From Antechinus flavipes (Eukaryota), in contig NC_067401.1 of the NCBI RefSeq assembly GCF_016432865.1, positions 129,766,001-129,830,000 on the forward strand: a stretch of DNA of 64,000 bases. The letters are read 5' to 3'. Below are positions 48,915 through 61,979 of the stretch, piece after piece; position 1 is the first letter of the stretch, and each line of letters starts with the position of its first letter. A model generated the notes under the pieces. It was not told where the DNA came from. It searched no databases and was given only the letters and a program-made list of their open reading frames with translations. Position numbers and translations under genes: made by a program.

Positions 48915-49118
48915 GAGGGGACTGGAATAAAATGCCTGGGGTAAGGAGTTGGAGGAAAAATAAGGGGGGGAAGAAATTTACATAATAACTTTATTATATA
49001 TTTAAAAGGAATAGCAAGTTGTACATAATAGATTTGCAGTTTCATGTGCAATCATCTTTTATATTATACAATGTTATGGAAGTGCTTGTTTTATTCCATA
49101 AATTAAAAATAAATAAAT
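48915..49118 (+). mobile_element. LINE-1-like 3' terminus
   Basis: ttatatatttaaaaggaatagcaagttgtacataatagatttgcagtttcatgtgcaatc...aaataaataaat. Confidence 0.6.
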
Positions 49119-50669
49119 GAAGAGAAAACAGTATTTGTATGTTCCTAGCCTGATGTGGGCCTGGAATGATAATATTGCTTTTCATTCTCCTTTTCTTTGC
49201 TTCTTATCTCCCTTTTGCTTTTGCAAGGGGGTAGCCTGATAATGGTATGTTTTATTCCACATCTATGATCTATCATCTCTCTGTTACTTCCTTCTTGGCC
49301 CTCTGAAGTCATGGTTGGTCTTCAAATTATATATCCTTCAGGATTGTTTTTCTTTATGTTATTGTTGTCATTATAGAAATAATTCTCCTATTTATGTCAA
49401 CTTTGGTCTGCTTTCAGATCATATAAGTCATACAAATGTAGAGCTAGACTTGGGAAGAGGCAATCTTGTCCAAACTTCTCATTTTCTAGGGAACTCTCAT
49501 AGTTCTAAGGGAACTGAAGCTTCAAGGACTCAAGTCATTTACCCAAAATCATGTAAGCGCTAAGAGCCAGAAAGGGGATGTACCAAGTTCTCTTGGGATT
49601 ATGCTATAGCCTGCTTCTAGCTGCTCTGCATCTTTTCATGGCTCTCTGAATCATTCACAAATCTGATTCTTCTGAAATCATATTGTTCCATGATTCAAAT
49701 TCATATGACATAATCAGGAAACTGTTGGTGTTAAAAAGATGGGTTTTTGCCACAGTGAGTGAGTAGTTTAGGATCACTGAAGATATTGCATATTTCCCTG
49801 AGATCAATCAAATTCAGCCTCCTCTTATTCATTCTGTGTCAAACATATGGTCTATTTACAAGATCTGTCCAATGGCCATTACAAAGTCTGATCCAAGACA
49901 AAATTTATGTCCCATGTATATTGTAATATTCATAAAATATGACTTTTTAAACTTCCATTTAATTTTTTTTCATTCTGAACTCATTAAGCACCAAACAAAC
50001 ATTTCCATATTTATTGTAGAATAGAAGAAAAGATTAGCATGTAGAATTGCTAATCTCTATTATATATTACTTGCTTTTCATTTTAAGTATATAAGGCTAC
50101 ATTCAACATGTTCCTCTCAAAGCTATCTGGTTTGTCTATGATTCCTCCTGCCTTCTTTCTGTTTTCCATATATGGTTGTTTCCAACAACTTTGTTTTATC
50201 AGTGATTGTTGGATATTTTTTTCCCAAGGGATTATAGAGTTCCTGAAGATGGTTTGATAAAGCTGTAGGAATCCATGTAATTAGTAGGATATTCATTTTT
50301 TAATAAATGCATTTGGAGAGCCTGATCATCAGTTTTGAGAGTCTAGGTAATGATGGTGGAGGAGTAGCTAAAGAGTTGGTTTGGAATCAAGAAGACCTGA
50401 GTTTGAATCTTCTCTTGGAGATTTACTATGTGACCCTAAGCAAGTCACTTGTCTGTTAATCTCAGTTTCCTTATGTGTAAAATGGGGATAATATCACTTA
50501 CCTCCCAAGGATCAAATAAGATAATACCTATATTTTGCAAACCTTAAGGTGGGGTACAAATGTTCTTATGATGATATCATGTTATTATCATTGTTATCAT
50601 GTATGACTTAGCAGGACAAGGCATGCTCCATAACTCTATGAACATTTTAATTAAGTATATTAGGAAAGG

Positions 50670-50915
50670 AAAGAAGTTGTTTTTCAGTCGATTCAGTTGT
50701 GGCCAACTCTTTGTAACCCCGTTTGGGGTTTTCTTGGCAAAGATACTGGAGTGTTTTTTTTTAAAACTCATTTTACAGATGAGAAAACTAAGGCAAATGG
50801 AGCTAAATGGCTTGCCCATGTTCACACAACTAGTAAGTATCTGAAGCCAGATTGGGATTTAGGAAGATGAGTCTTCCTGACTGCAGGCCCACATTCTACC
50901 TACTAGGCTACTTGG
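50670..50915 (-). mobile_element. Mar1-type SINE
   Basis: ttcagtcgattcagttgtggccaactctttgtaacccc...ttggcaaagatactggagtg...acagatgagaaaactaagg. Confidence 0.78.
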
Positions 50916-53099
50916 CTGCCCCAAGGAGAAGGGAATATGCTTTTATTAAGTGCCTACTATGGGCCCAACCAAGAACTTCTAAGCTCTTTACAAATATTAT
51001 TTCCTGTGATGCAAATGCTGTTATATTTATAATGTTAGTTCAAGTTTCAATGCCCATTGGTGTGGAGACTCCCTCCTCATTGATGGAGATTAATGTTCTT
51101 TGCCTGTATAAGTAGAGTTGAAATGGAGAAAGGGAGGAGAATCTCTTCATAGTCTTCAGATTCTGCAGTCCTTTGAGCACTTCTGGTTCCCAGTTTCAAG
51201 AAAGAAGATGGATAGTACTAATCTCACTTCAGGTTCCCACTTCTGGGAAGAAACCAGTTTGAAAAAGTCTCCTTCATGTCCCTATCCCAAGCTTGCAACA
51301 ATAGAGATTTTGAGTAAATTTTCTTTGGGTGAGATCTGGGATTCTTCTTGGTTGAAATTAATTAATCTCATTCTCAATAGGGGAATTGATTCACTTTGTA
51401 TTTTTCAATATATATTTTCCTAATTATACTTTCTCTGCTATTGACTTAGACAAATAAACTTCTTTGCTATTTGCACTGTGTGTTCATTGTGTTTCCATTG
51501 GTAGGAAGAGAATCAAGCCTTGAATATGGAGTTTGGGTCCCCCTTTGCCCATTAATGAACAGTAATCAGAAGTCTAGTTTGAACCTGAAAACAATATTCC
51601 CTAGACTAACAATATTTAAGGAAACAGATAGATATACTTCTAGTCTATCTCCCCTTTCCCTGTGGGGAGAAGAGTGGTTCAGCTTCTGGGTCCAACCTCT
51701 TGCTTTCCTTCTGGCAGAAAACTAAATTTCCATTGGAGAAGAAGTTAGAAATAACTATTATTCTGCTTCCCTTCAAGCCATACAGTGACAACTTTCCCCC
51801 TCCCCAATATGAAGTTTTACTTGATGATGGTGCCATTTAGTTCTCTCTATTAGTTTGTAAATAATTTTTGTGTAAATCATCTAGAAACAAGCTTGGTCTT
51901 AAAGTCAGAAGTTCTAGGTTTGAATTCCAGTTGAAATACTAGTTTTGACCCAACTACTTTCTCTTCCTGAGTCGCAGTTTCCTCCTTTATCAAAAAAAGT
52001 GACTTTGCTAAAATGAAGTCTTGTGTTGTTTTCACCTCTAAATCACATTATCCTTTGATTCTCTTATTGTCAAATGACCTAATCTCCACCTTTTTCTTTT
52101 ATGCCAGTAGCTCTGGATGCTTAAAGGATCAAAGATGAGCAAGGAGCATAGTTCAAGATTGTATGTGTTTGTGAGGAGCATTAGGGAATGGAGTTCAGAA
52201 GAGGGGAAGGAGAAGAAGCATGCATCCAATCCTACATCATGCTGGGAGCACTTAGGGAGTATATTTCCTTCAATTCTCTTACATGGCTTTGCAAGGTGGT
52301 ACCAGCAGTAGTTGCTGGGTTCAGGGAGGTGTTAGAGTGTGGGGGGTGGGGGGGAGAGACTCTCAAGAAATTGAATCCCCGACTGTTTATTCAGTGGATT
52401 ATCAGGCTCCTAAATTACAGATATCTCTATCACTTGGCCCGCAATTTTGTGCTTGTGGTGTGAGGTTATTTCTATGTCTGAAGAAAACAGCCTCAGCTCT
52501 AGCTAAACAAATAAGTGATATCATTTTTCATTCAAGCTACCAGATTCTTTGGTGCAAAAAAGTCCCTGGGGAGAAGCTCTGGGACAGCATGGCTCCTCTG
52601 AGGCTATTTACATCTGTCAAATTCTCTAATCTTTTCTTCCTTCCTTCCTCCTGTCTGTTTCCTTCCCTTTCATGGGAGGGGAGGCCCGCATTTAACTCCA
52701 GTGTGTCCAGTGCCTGCCTGTCTAATGCATCTCTGGGGCACACCCGATCACTGGGTGTTGGTGGTGGTGTTTTTTTTCCCTCAGAAACCAGCTTCAATTT
52801 AAGATAATTACTCTCCTCATTCCAAAGTGATTGCTATTTGTAGGGACTTATTTTTCCCCCTAGTCAATTTAGCTGGGAGTAGTTGCATCCATCTACAAGT
52901 GAAAGTTTTCTAAAAATGTTGCTAGCAAACATAGACAAGTTGGAGGGAAGAAAGGAAGGTTTTTTGGGCCTTTGAATGTGAAGAGTGAAATGGGCTTCCA
53001 AGTTTTTAATGATGGGACCCAAATGCTTCCTTTCTACTACACTGTAAGCTCTGTGAGAGCAGGGACCATGTCAAATTTCAATTTTTTTATCTTCCCTAA

Positions 53100-53345
53100 T
53101 TAATAATAATAACTCATTTATAAAACACTTTAAGATTTGCAAAATTCTTTATACTGAATCCTTAAAACAACCCTGTAAAGCATGTTTTATCATCCTCACT
53201 TTACATATATTTGATGGGAGGGAGAAGGAAGGATGGACTAGACAATAGGAATCTTGTATCCAGATTTCTCATTGGTCAATCCCAGACCTTTACGACATAT
53301 AAATGAGGAAACTGAGCCTGACAAATTAAATAATTTACCAAGACA
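53100..53345 (-). mobile_element. MIR-type SINE (interrupted)
   Basis: aataataactcatttata...aacaaccctgt...atcctcactttacat...aatgaggaaactgagcc. Confidence 0.6.
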
Positions 53346-53369
53346 CCCAACTGAGTGCATGTGTGTGAG

Positions 53370-53500
53370 AAACAGAAACAGTGTGAGACATAGACAGAGA
53401 AAGAGAGAGAGAAACACAGACAGATGGAGAAACAGAGATCAATAGACTGAGATACATAGAGCTTGCATAGAGATACACACAGATACATAGAAAGGAGAGA
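53370..53500. repeat. Degenerate (GA/CAGA)n repeat
   Basis: gagaaacagaaacag...gagagagagaaaacacagacag. Confidence 0.8.
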
Positions 53501-54439
53501 GCCAGAAAGACCCAAAACTCATAGAGAGTTAGACATGACTGAAAAATGATTTAAGAAAAATTAGAAAATAAGATCCTTGAGGGGAGGGAATGCTTCACTT
53601 TTGTCGTCCAGCACTTAATACAGTGTTGGGTAAATAGAAGGTGCTTAATAAATGCTGATTGATTAATTGACTAAAGTCACACAGGTGATAATTACAATTA
53701 GCCTTTCAAATCTAGCAACAACACTCTTTCCTGTGAACTCTTAAAGATAGCTATACTGTCCTTCTTTTCCTTCATCTCTTCCCCTCTAATCTCCTCTTCA
53801 CTAGTAAATAGTATCATCTCCTGCAAAGAGACCCACAAGCCTGGTTTAGAAGAATTTCATGTACTTTCAGCATTCTAATTGTCTTGTCCTGAAAGTATTG
53901 TAGCTCTTGAATAGTGATCAGTCCAGCTGTTTTTATATTCTGGAATTATGGTCTTTAGGGCCTTCTTCAGCTGTTCTTATCAAGTCTTTGGAGCAATGTC
54001 TATAGTATGACACAGGACAGCCATAGTAGCCTAGGAATTGCTGAGGATTTGAGGGGGTTATGACTATGTTTGATTAGGCAAGGACTTTCCCTCTGGGCTC
54101 TATTTCTTAGAATACTTGGGACAAATATTTCATAGATCCTGAAAATGATATTTTTAGCAGCATAGGAGGAGTTGTTTCAAGGATAGAGATGCATATAGTG
54201 ATATAACATTAATGGAACACACCTCTCTTTATCCTAGATAGCTCTCTGGTATACTAGTTTCCTGAAGTTTGCTGGTGTGAGTAGAGTCCCCTGTGACCAA
54301 TGGAAATGAAAAGTCCCATCAGAATATGACCAGGAGGCAGGAATTAGCAACACTATTTTGCCTAAAGAGAGTGAAATAGCTCACCCAGCTCCTAAGTGTG
54401 TGGAGGTGGGAGTTTTAAAATTAAGCTAATAGGCTTCCT

Positions 54440-54650
54440 GAAGCATTAAGTAGGGACAGTGCTGGGACTGGAATCAGGAACTCACCTTCCTGAGTTTAAA
54501 TCTATGTGACTGAGCAATTCACTTAACTCAGTTTCCTCATTTGTAAAATGAGCTAGAGAAGGAAATGGCAAATACGCTCTAATATCTTTGCCCAAAAAAC
54601 CCCAAATGGGGTCATAAAGAGTTGGGCACAACTGAAATGACAGATCACCA
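54440..54650 (+). mobile_element. Mar1-type SINE
   Basis: ctgggactggaatcaggaa...tcagtttcctcatttgtaaaatgagctagagaaggaaatggcaaa...cccaaatggggtcataaagagttgggcacaactgaaatgac. Confidence 0.8.
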
Positions 54651-54989
54651 AAAATAGATTTCCTAGTTGTCTCTAGAAACTTGGGAGACTGAAGAGGGTA
54701 AAAACAGATTCTAACATGACTTTAAGCTGAGAAGTGTTAGAAAGCAGTGTTATAACTAGACATTTTTGTACCTGAAATAAAAGTGCAGAAAAGATGTCTT
54801 CAATTGTAGAGGAGGAGTCAGAGGGGAATAAAGAAACTCAAAAATATCTATGTGAGTGGGGGGAATGAGGGGATCTTAATGGATCATCAAGTACCTTTTA
54901 GTCTAATTAATCCAACAAACCTCCTCTTCTCACTCACCTCCATCTCTCTCTCTCCGTCTCTCTCTGTTTCTACATCTCTCTCTGTCTCT

Positions 54990-55530
54990 ATCTCTGTCTC
55001 TTTCTTTCTCTACTTCTACTCTTTAAAAAAAATTATTTATATATTTGGTTTTTATATCTATCACCTTCAGTTCCGAATATATTCCTGTCCAGTCACCATC
55101 CCTGAGAGTCATACTTTGTAATGAAAAGAGGGGGGGGGAAATATTAGATAAAATTAAATGTTATCAATTAATATTGAGAATGTATGTATTACTCCACAGC
55201 CATAGTCCCTCACTTTTGCAAAGAAGGGAAGAGAGTACAATTTAAAAAAAAATTTCTTCTTCAGGTCCTTGGTCATTATAATTATATAGCATTTAATTTC
55301 CTTTTTGTTGCTGTCCTTGACAACTTTTCAATTACATTGTTGCAGTTTCTGTGTCACTTGTTTTCTTGGTTCTTATTTCACTTTGCATCAGCTATACTTC
55401 TTTCTATGCTTCTTCATGTTTTTCCTAATCATAATTTCTTACAGTATAATGATATTTCATTCATCACAATTTTTAGCCATTTCTCAGCTAATGGGCATCT
55501 ATATTCCAACAAACATTTCTTCAACGTTCT
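54990..55530 (-). mobile_element. Diverged LINE-1 3' fragment
   Basis: tttcactttgcatcagctatac..., tttagccatttctcagctaatgggcatcta. Confidence 0.6.
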
Positions 55531-55680
55531 CTACACCTAAGGCACCCTGCTAAATGTTGAAGATAGACTCACAAACAGTCTCTATTCTCAAGCAATTCCT
55601 TTCCTACACCTAAGGCACCCTGCTAAATGTTGAAGATAGACTCACAAACAGTCTCTATTCTCAAGCAATTCCTTTCCTAC
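55531..55680. repeat. Perfect 73-bp tandem duplication (55531-55603 / 55604-55676, + CTAC)
   Basis: ctacacctaaggcaccctgctaaatgttgaagatagactcacaaacagtctctattctcaagcaattcctttc occurs twice with no mismatch. Confidence 0.97.
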
Positions 55681-56380
55681 TGGAGTATTATAGCATATAA
55701 ATCTGCAAGTATCCTACTACATAGTAACCAAGGAAAGAGAGAACAGTAATAATGAAGGAGGGAGGGGTAAGAAAGGTTTCCTTTCAAAGGTGGTACAAAG
55801 TTGAATTTTGAAAGCAGCTAGAATATTTAAGAGGATAGGAGTTGTTTTTGCTTTTTTTTTTTTTTTTTTTGTTTCTACCTCCACTTAGCACAGTGCTTGA
55901 AATATAGTAAACACTTAATAAACACTTATGGATTGATTGATTAGAGATAAAGGTGAGGAGAAAATACATTCTAGGAATGGCGGACTACATAATGGGAAAT
56001 GAAAGGTTGAATTCATGGATAGTTTAGTTGTGATATAGAATATCTGAGGAGGAGTATTATGAAATACACAAGGATACTCAATGAATATTTGTTGGTTGAG
56101 TGAATATATTTAAATTTAACAACAATTTTGGAAAATAATTAGAACAAATATACTCTCTGGCCCCACATTTTATAGATCAGGACATTGAGTCACAAGGAGC
56201 TAAAGTGACTTAAGCAGGGTTCTATAATTGGTACCACAGCTAGATTTATCAGTAAATAAACATTTAAGCACTATGCTAAGTGCTGGAGATAAAAGGCAAA
56301 GGCAATGGCAAAAAAGAGTCTTTACTTTCAAGTAGCTTACTGTAGATTTCTCAACTCCTATTCTCTTTATTATTCTATAC

Positions 56381-56595
56381 CAGCAATTCTCATACTTTTT
56401 GGTTTTAGGACCCCTTCAGACTTTAAAAAATATTCATGATCACTTGTTTGTATGGGTTATATCTATTAATATTTACCATGTTAGAAATGAAAATGTCTTA
56501 GTATAATTATAGAAATAATTTTTGATTCAAAGACTTTCTGAAGGAGACTCCCAAGGAGTCCCAGGAGTCTTTGGATCACAATCTGAGAACTGATG
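56381..56595. mobile_element. Putative Charlie-type MITE
   Basis: cagcaattctcatacttttt...ggacccctt...tgggttatatctattaatatttacc...tgagaactgatg; degenerate TIRs; left flank ttctatac resembles the hAT nTCTAnAn target. Confidence 0.55.
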
Positions 56596-59500
56596 CTTTA
56601 TTGCCATGAAGTTTTTCTAGGGCCATGAGGCTTTGACTAGGGTGGACTATCTAAAGTGTTAGAAATTATTTTTTTCTTTTTTAGCCTTACATCTCTAATA
56701 GTGACTTTGTCTTATAGCCACTTCCTGTTCCCTTCAATAGATTAGAAACCTCTTAGTTTCCTGGGACAAAATTTTTTGCACTCTCTCACTGCCACCCTGC
56801 TCCATTTCCCTCTCTAGTAGGAACCAGTTCTTCAGTAATTGGACCTTGTGTGTTAAGAAATATGCTCCTTTTTCTCCAGGCTACCACCCATGTGAGCTTC
56901 TTACTACCACCCAGTGTGCCTCAGGTGTAACAAATACTAGTTATGGCACTAGATAATACATAAGAGAGTTAGTTCCCTACAGTGAGAAGTTTGCTAATAG
57001 CTTAGCCTGAGCCACAGGGACTCCGATATTTCCCTCATAAATCCCAGAAAATCCTCAGTTCCCACATGGAAAGCATCAGGCTGCACTTTGGTGATGACAC
57101 TCTACTGCTGTAGCTGTTGAGGCATCTGCACCTGACTCTGATATGCTTGCAGATGGGGGCCAGCTCCTGCCTGAGTGTGGGTGGCCTTGCAAGTAAGGTG
57201 GGGGATGACCCTGAGAATTACAATAAAGTCTTCCACAGTCATTTAGAATTGAGTTTCTCCAAGGAGGCCCAGAGGACCTCCCACGTGGGTCTCCTGAGAA
57301 ACTGGTGAAGGAAATAGATTCTTTCCAAAGCACATAAGTGAAAGGAAGATGGTGTCCAGGCAGCAACTTCAGCCAAGTTAGCTCAAAAAATGAGAATGGA
57401 GTGGGAGCAGCCCAAAGAAAACATTGCCTTAGAAATATTTCTGGAGATGCAGAGTGGAGAGTTAGAAACTCCCCTGAACTAAAAAGCTCTTCACGGAGAC
57501 AGTGCATTCTATCTGCCAATATCTGTATCATCACTGTTGATCAGCTGAGCAGGCAACTGATTCTGTCCTGAAATTTTCCTGCGCCATACCTGGAATCTGA
57601 CTGGACTTGAAAGTGGGGACGTAGATGAAGAAGAAAAAACACAAATCTTTAGGCTGCCTTTGAGAAGGCATCACATTATAGCTGCCTATATTGGTCAGTT
57701 AATTAATTCAACAAATATTAATTAATCACCCCCTCGAAGATCTTCCTTCAATGTTTCATTGTGGCATCTCCTTATTTTCTAACTCTTTGCTACCATATTG
57801 AACCACCACATCTCTTGACAGAGAGGTGATGGACTACATATGTAGCATGAAACATATTTTGGGCCCTGGCCAGTGTGGAAATGTGTTTTGCCTAATTCTG
57901 CATATTTAGAAGGATTTTCTTTTCCTAGTAGAGGCAGGGTAGAAAAAGAAAATGCACATTTGCTAGTTGAAAAAATTAAATTAATTAAAAATTATTGTTT
58001 TCACATGAAATCGGGGAGAAATAAAATACTAAATAATCATAAAATATTTCATTGCAGCACAAAATTGACACTAGATTCTCAAACATTATGCTAATATAGA
58101 ATGCAAACTCTGGTACAGACTTGGTAACAATCTCATGTCTTTCAGCTGACAATCATGCCAGTGAAATTCAGTGAGGCATTACTACCCCAGGATTCACCAG
58201 AAAATGGACAGAGCAGTGAATAGAGGCCGGAGTCAGGAAGATCTGAGTTCAAATTCTGCCTCAGATACTAGTCATGTGAGCCTAAGCAAATTGCTTATCC
58301 TTCTCTGCTTCAGTTTTCTTCATCTATAAAAAGAAGGAGTTGGAGTTGATGACTTCTAAGCTAATGTCCTATCTAACTTTCCATCTATGACCTTATGACT
58401 CCATGATTTTGGCTGGAGGTGAACTTTAGCTCTTGAGAACAATATTGACAGAAAAGAAATCCTAGCAGTTTCTCTTGTGCTGAAAAGTTTTTTTTCCCAA
58501 TGTGGACCTGGCTGAAAAATTTAAGGACTATCCCAGATAAGTACAAAAAGCCATGCATTGGGAAGATAGCCACTAAATGTTTACTTTTTGGCTATGGAAA
58601 CCCAGGAAACAAAGATCAATTTCAGCCACCCTCTATTTCCTCACTGAGGATAATATAACTTTGAGAAAAGAAACCAGTTCCTTTATATTTCTAACAGTTC
58701 TGTTATAAATCAGAGAGTTTTAATACCATAAATAAATAATACCATAACTTTGGGTCTCTAAATGTGAGATCTATATCCAATGATACTTTACCAATCAAGC
58801 TATTATCCTAAGGCCTGTATTACTTTGATACTGATGTTTCCCAAATTAACAAAACCAGAAAACAAGGGGGAGTTGCAGATAATTGGAAGGATCATAGTTT
58901 TAGAGATGGGATGACTCATAGGTTCCCCTTAGGAAAACAAAGGAGTTGGCTGCATTGGTTTTATCGGACTCCCAAAGGCAATAAGAAATATTATTTCATA
59001 AAACACTTGAGCATCTCATGGTAACATAACCATGAAGATAACTGCAGTCTGGTGCAGTCAATAGGGACTAAACCTGTGGTTTCACTGATGTGAGGATATC
59101 CTGAACAGGGATATTCTTTCTACCAATGTGGATCAACAACTTACAGTGTTAGAAAAGTGCCTAGAGTTGCCTAGTTTTTTCTCCTACTTCTGATTCTGAT
59201 GATTCTGGATTTTGCTTTTCACTCTGGAAGTCCCCTTATCTTTTGAGGAAGAACATCCCATCACCCTAGGATCCCCTTTTCATCCTTAATGAATTCCTAT
59301 TGGAACCTTCATTTTGAGGAAAGGCCTAGGGCAGTCCTCCTTCACTCTTCTCTTGGTACTTGACAATGCTCTTCATTCAGATTTTGCTGCCAAACCTTTT
59401 TATGGATACCTATTCTTTTTAGCTCCCTTTTACATGTAGTCTTTCTACTTCAGAATATAAGCTCCTTGAGGACAGGAATTGTTTTTCTTTTTGCTTCAAT

Positions 59501-61419
59501 TTGTATCTCCAGCACTTAGCAAAGTGCCTGCAACATAACAGATAATTAATGTGAAGAAAACAATGAAAGGTAAAGTTACTTGCCCAAGGCCATACAGTCA
59601 ATACAAGTTAGAATCAGGACTTGGACTCAGATCTTTCTGCCTTTGAATTCATCTCTACCCATTACCCCATATTGCCTATACTTGAAGAGTAGGTCAACTA
59701 ATCAATCTGCAAATTTTATATATAACTGTGTGTATATAACATAAAAATTTCCTCTGTGTTTCTAGGGTTTTGTATGCTTATGCATATATGCATGTGTCTG
59801 TATGTATACAAACACAAAGATATCACTTATTATGTTGTATCTCTTTAATACATTTTAAATATATTACATATGTGTATATATATACATATATAATATATAA
59901 TGAGTAACATTTTCAAATTCATCTTTGGTTATTCTACAAAGCCTACAATTCCATTTTGTATATAGTTAATAATAGTTAACATTTGACGCCAAGTATGCTA
60001 CATATATAATTTTATTTCATCCTCGCAACAGTCCTATGCAACAATGTGCCATTTTTATCATCATATTACAAAGGAGGAAACAGAGGCACAGAGATGACTT
60101 GTTGGGGGTCATGAAAATAGTAAGCATTCAAGGTAGGTCTCATACCCATGTCTTTTGGACACCAAGAACAGAATCCTGCCATTGTATCATGATGCCATGA
60201 TACCTCCCTATATCAACAGAAATAAGTTACAAGAGGGTGTGCTGGTGAAACATGCAGCTACCTTACCATCAGCCAAAGTCCAACAACAATGGCCATTGTC
60301 TAGAACATTCCTATTAATAGGTGATTTATTTTTATGGATAGTTGCTACCCTCATTCAAGTTTTGTTTGCACATCAGATTAGTTTTCGTACAACAAAGGGG
60401 TTTGTTGATCCTGCCAAAGTGTTCATTATCGGAATATATTATCTAGTCGGTAGACATTGGCCAAAAGAGTAAAGTAGGGAAAGCAAATGAATCCAACTGG
60501 AATCAACAAGATCTAATAATAATCATGAGCATTTATATAGCTACAAGCAAGTATTGTGGCTCATGTCTAAAGCAGGATTTGAACTTGAATCTACGTGATT
60601 CCAAGTTCAGAACTCTATACACTATGCCATTGATAGGACTCTAAAACAGTGATATTGGATGCCCAAATGTGCTGAGTTCCTGAGCAATTTCATATGTGTT
60701 GATTAATTAATTTCTTAGTTCAAAGTGTCAGATGTTAAGATACAGGTATCCAGGCTGATGACAGGCCAAGTCAAATTGCCCAAGTCTTAGAGACCCATAC
60801 CTAGTGGAAACAATTTATAGGTAGACTCTCCCACTCATAAAGTTAGTGATTGTGATTGCCCAGTGTTTCACTTTCAATATTTTTTGTGACTTGTTTTAAA
60901 TATGGTAAAGTATGTTGTTGGATGTTGAAGTGCTACTTGTCAGATATGTTATGGAGATTTTTTTTCCCAGTAGAGACTGAACTAGAAGGCCATTAAGTTC
61001 CTTCCAACTCTCAAATTATGAAATTCTTTGACTGTGGGATTATTGATTTCATACTGGAAAGGGCCTTTGAAAGGGTCATCCGCTTCAACTCATTTAATAG
61101 ATGAGAAAACTGAAGATCAGAAAGATTAAGTGACTTTTCTAACCTCACATAGCTAATAAATAATAAGAGAGCTGGGATTTGAATGTAGTTCTTTTACTAC
61201 AAATTCATTTCTTTTTCCATTGTACAACTCTCTGTCTCCTCTCTTCTCCTTTCTTCTCTTCTCTTTTTTCCTCTCTTCTTGTCTTATTTCTTTCCCTTTC
61301 TCTCATAAATGTAGATAATACTATCTATGTAGCTATGTTATCTATATAGATACATAAATCACTTCCACTTTTATATTTTATACAGACTCACAAAGGTAGT
61401 ATCTTATATGTTGTGCATG

Positions 61420-61700
61420 TGTGTATATGTATAGAGACTAAATATAATATACATGTAGATAATATAATAATATATAAAGTATATATTATATATATACTGT
61501 TCTATGTATATAGAAATATATATTTATATATATAATCTAGAGAGAGACATATATTAAATTGTATGTTATATGTTATACAATAATATAACATTGTATATAT
61601 TATATATAATTGTATACAATATTGCATACAATTGTATATACAATGTAATACAATATTGTATACAATAATATGATATAATATAACAATAATATAACTGCCC
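61420..61700. repeat. TA-rich low-complexity tract with palindromic ATTGTATACAAT units
   Basis: Direct read. Confidence 0.85.
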
Positions 61701-61979
61701 ATGTAATTAGGACTTTAAAGCTTTAAGAATCCTTAAAAATAATATATTGCAATCTCTTTACTTACAAATCAGTTAATTGAGATGAGTAATGGGGGTATCC
61801 CTCTTAGTAACACACAGGTAGTAAATATCTGAGTCTTTCTTTTACCTTCTAGCTGTAAATCTAGTGCTACTTCCCTGACAGTACCAGGTGCTACCATTTT
61901 CCACAGGGGAATATATCTCTGATTTTATTATGTCTGCCAGTAAAAGAAGAAGAAGAAGAAGAGTTTCAACGAATAGAAA

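Noticed and set aside
52283-52807. 174-aa ORF
   Set aside because: Non-ATG start, no domain similarity, no splice context; compatible with chance
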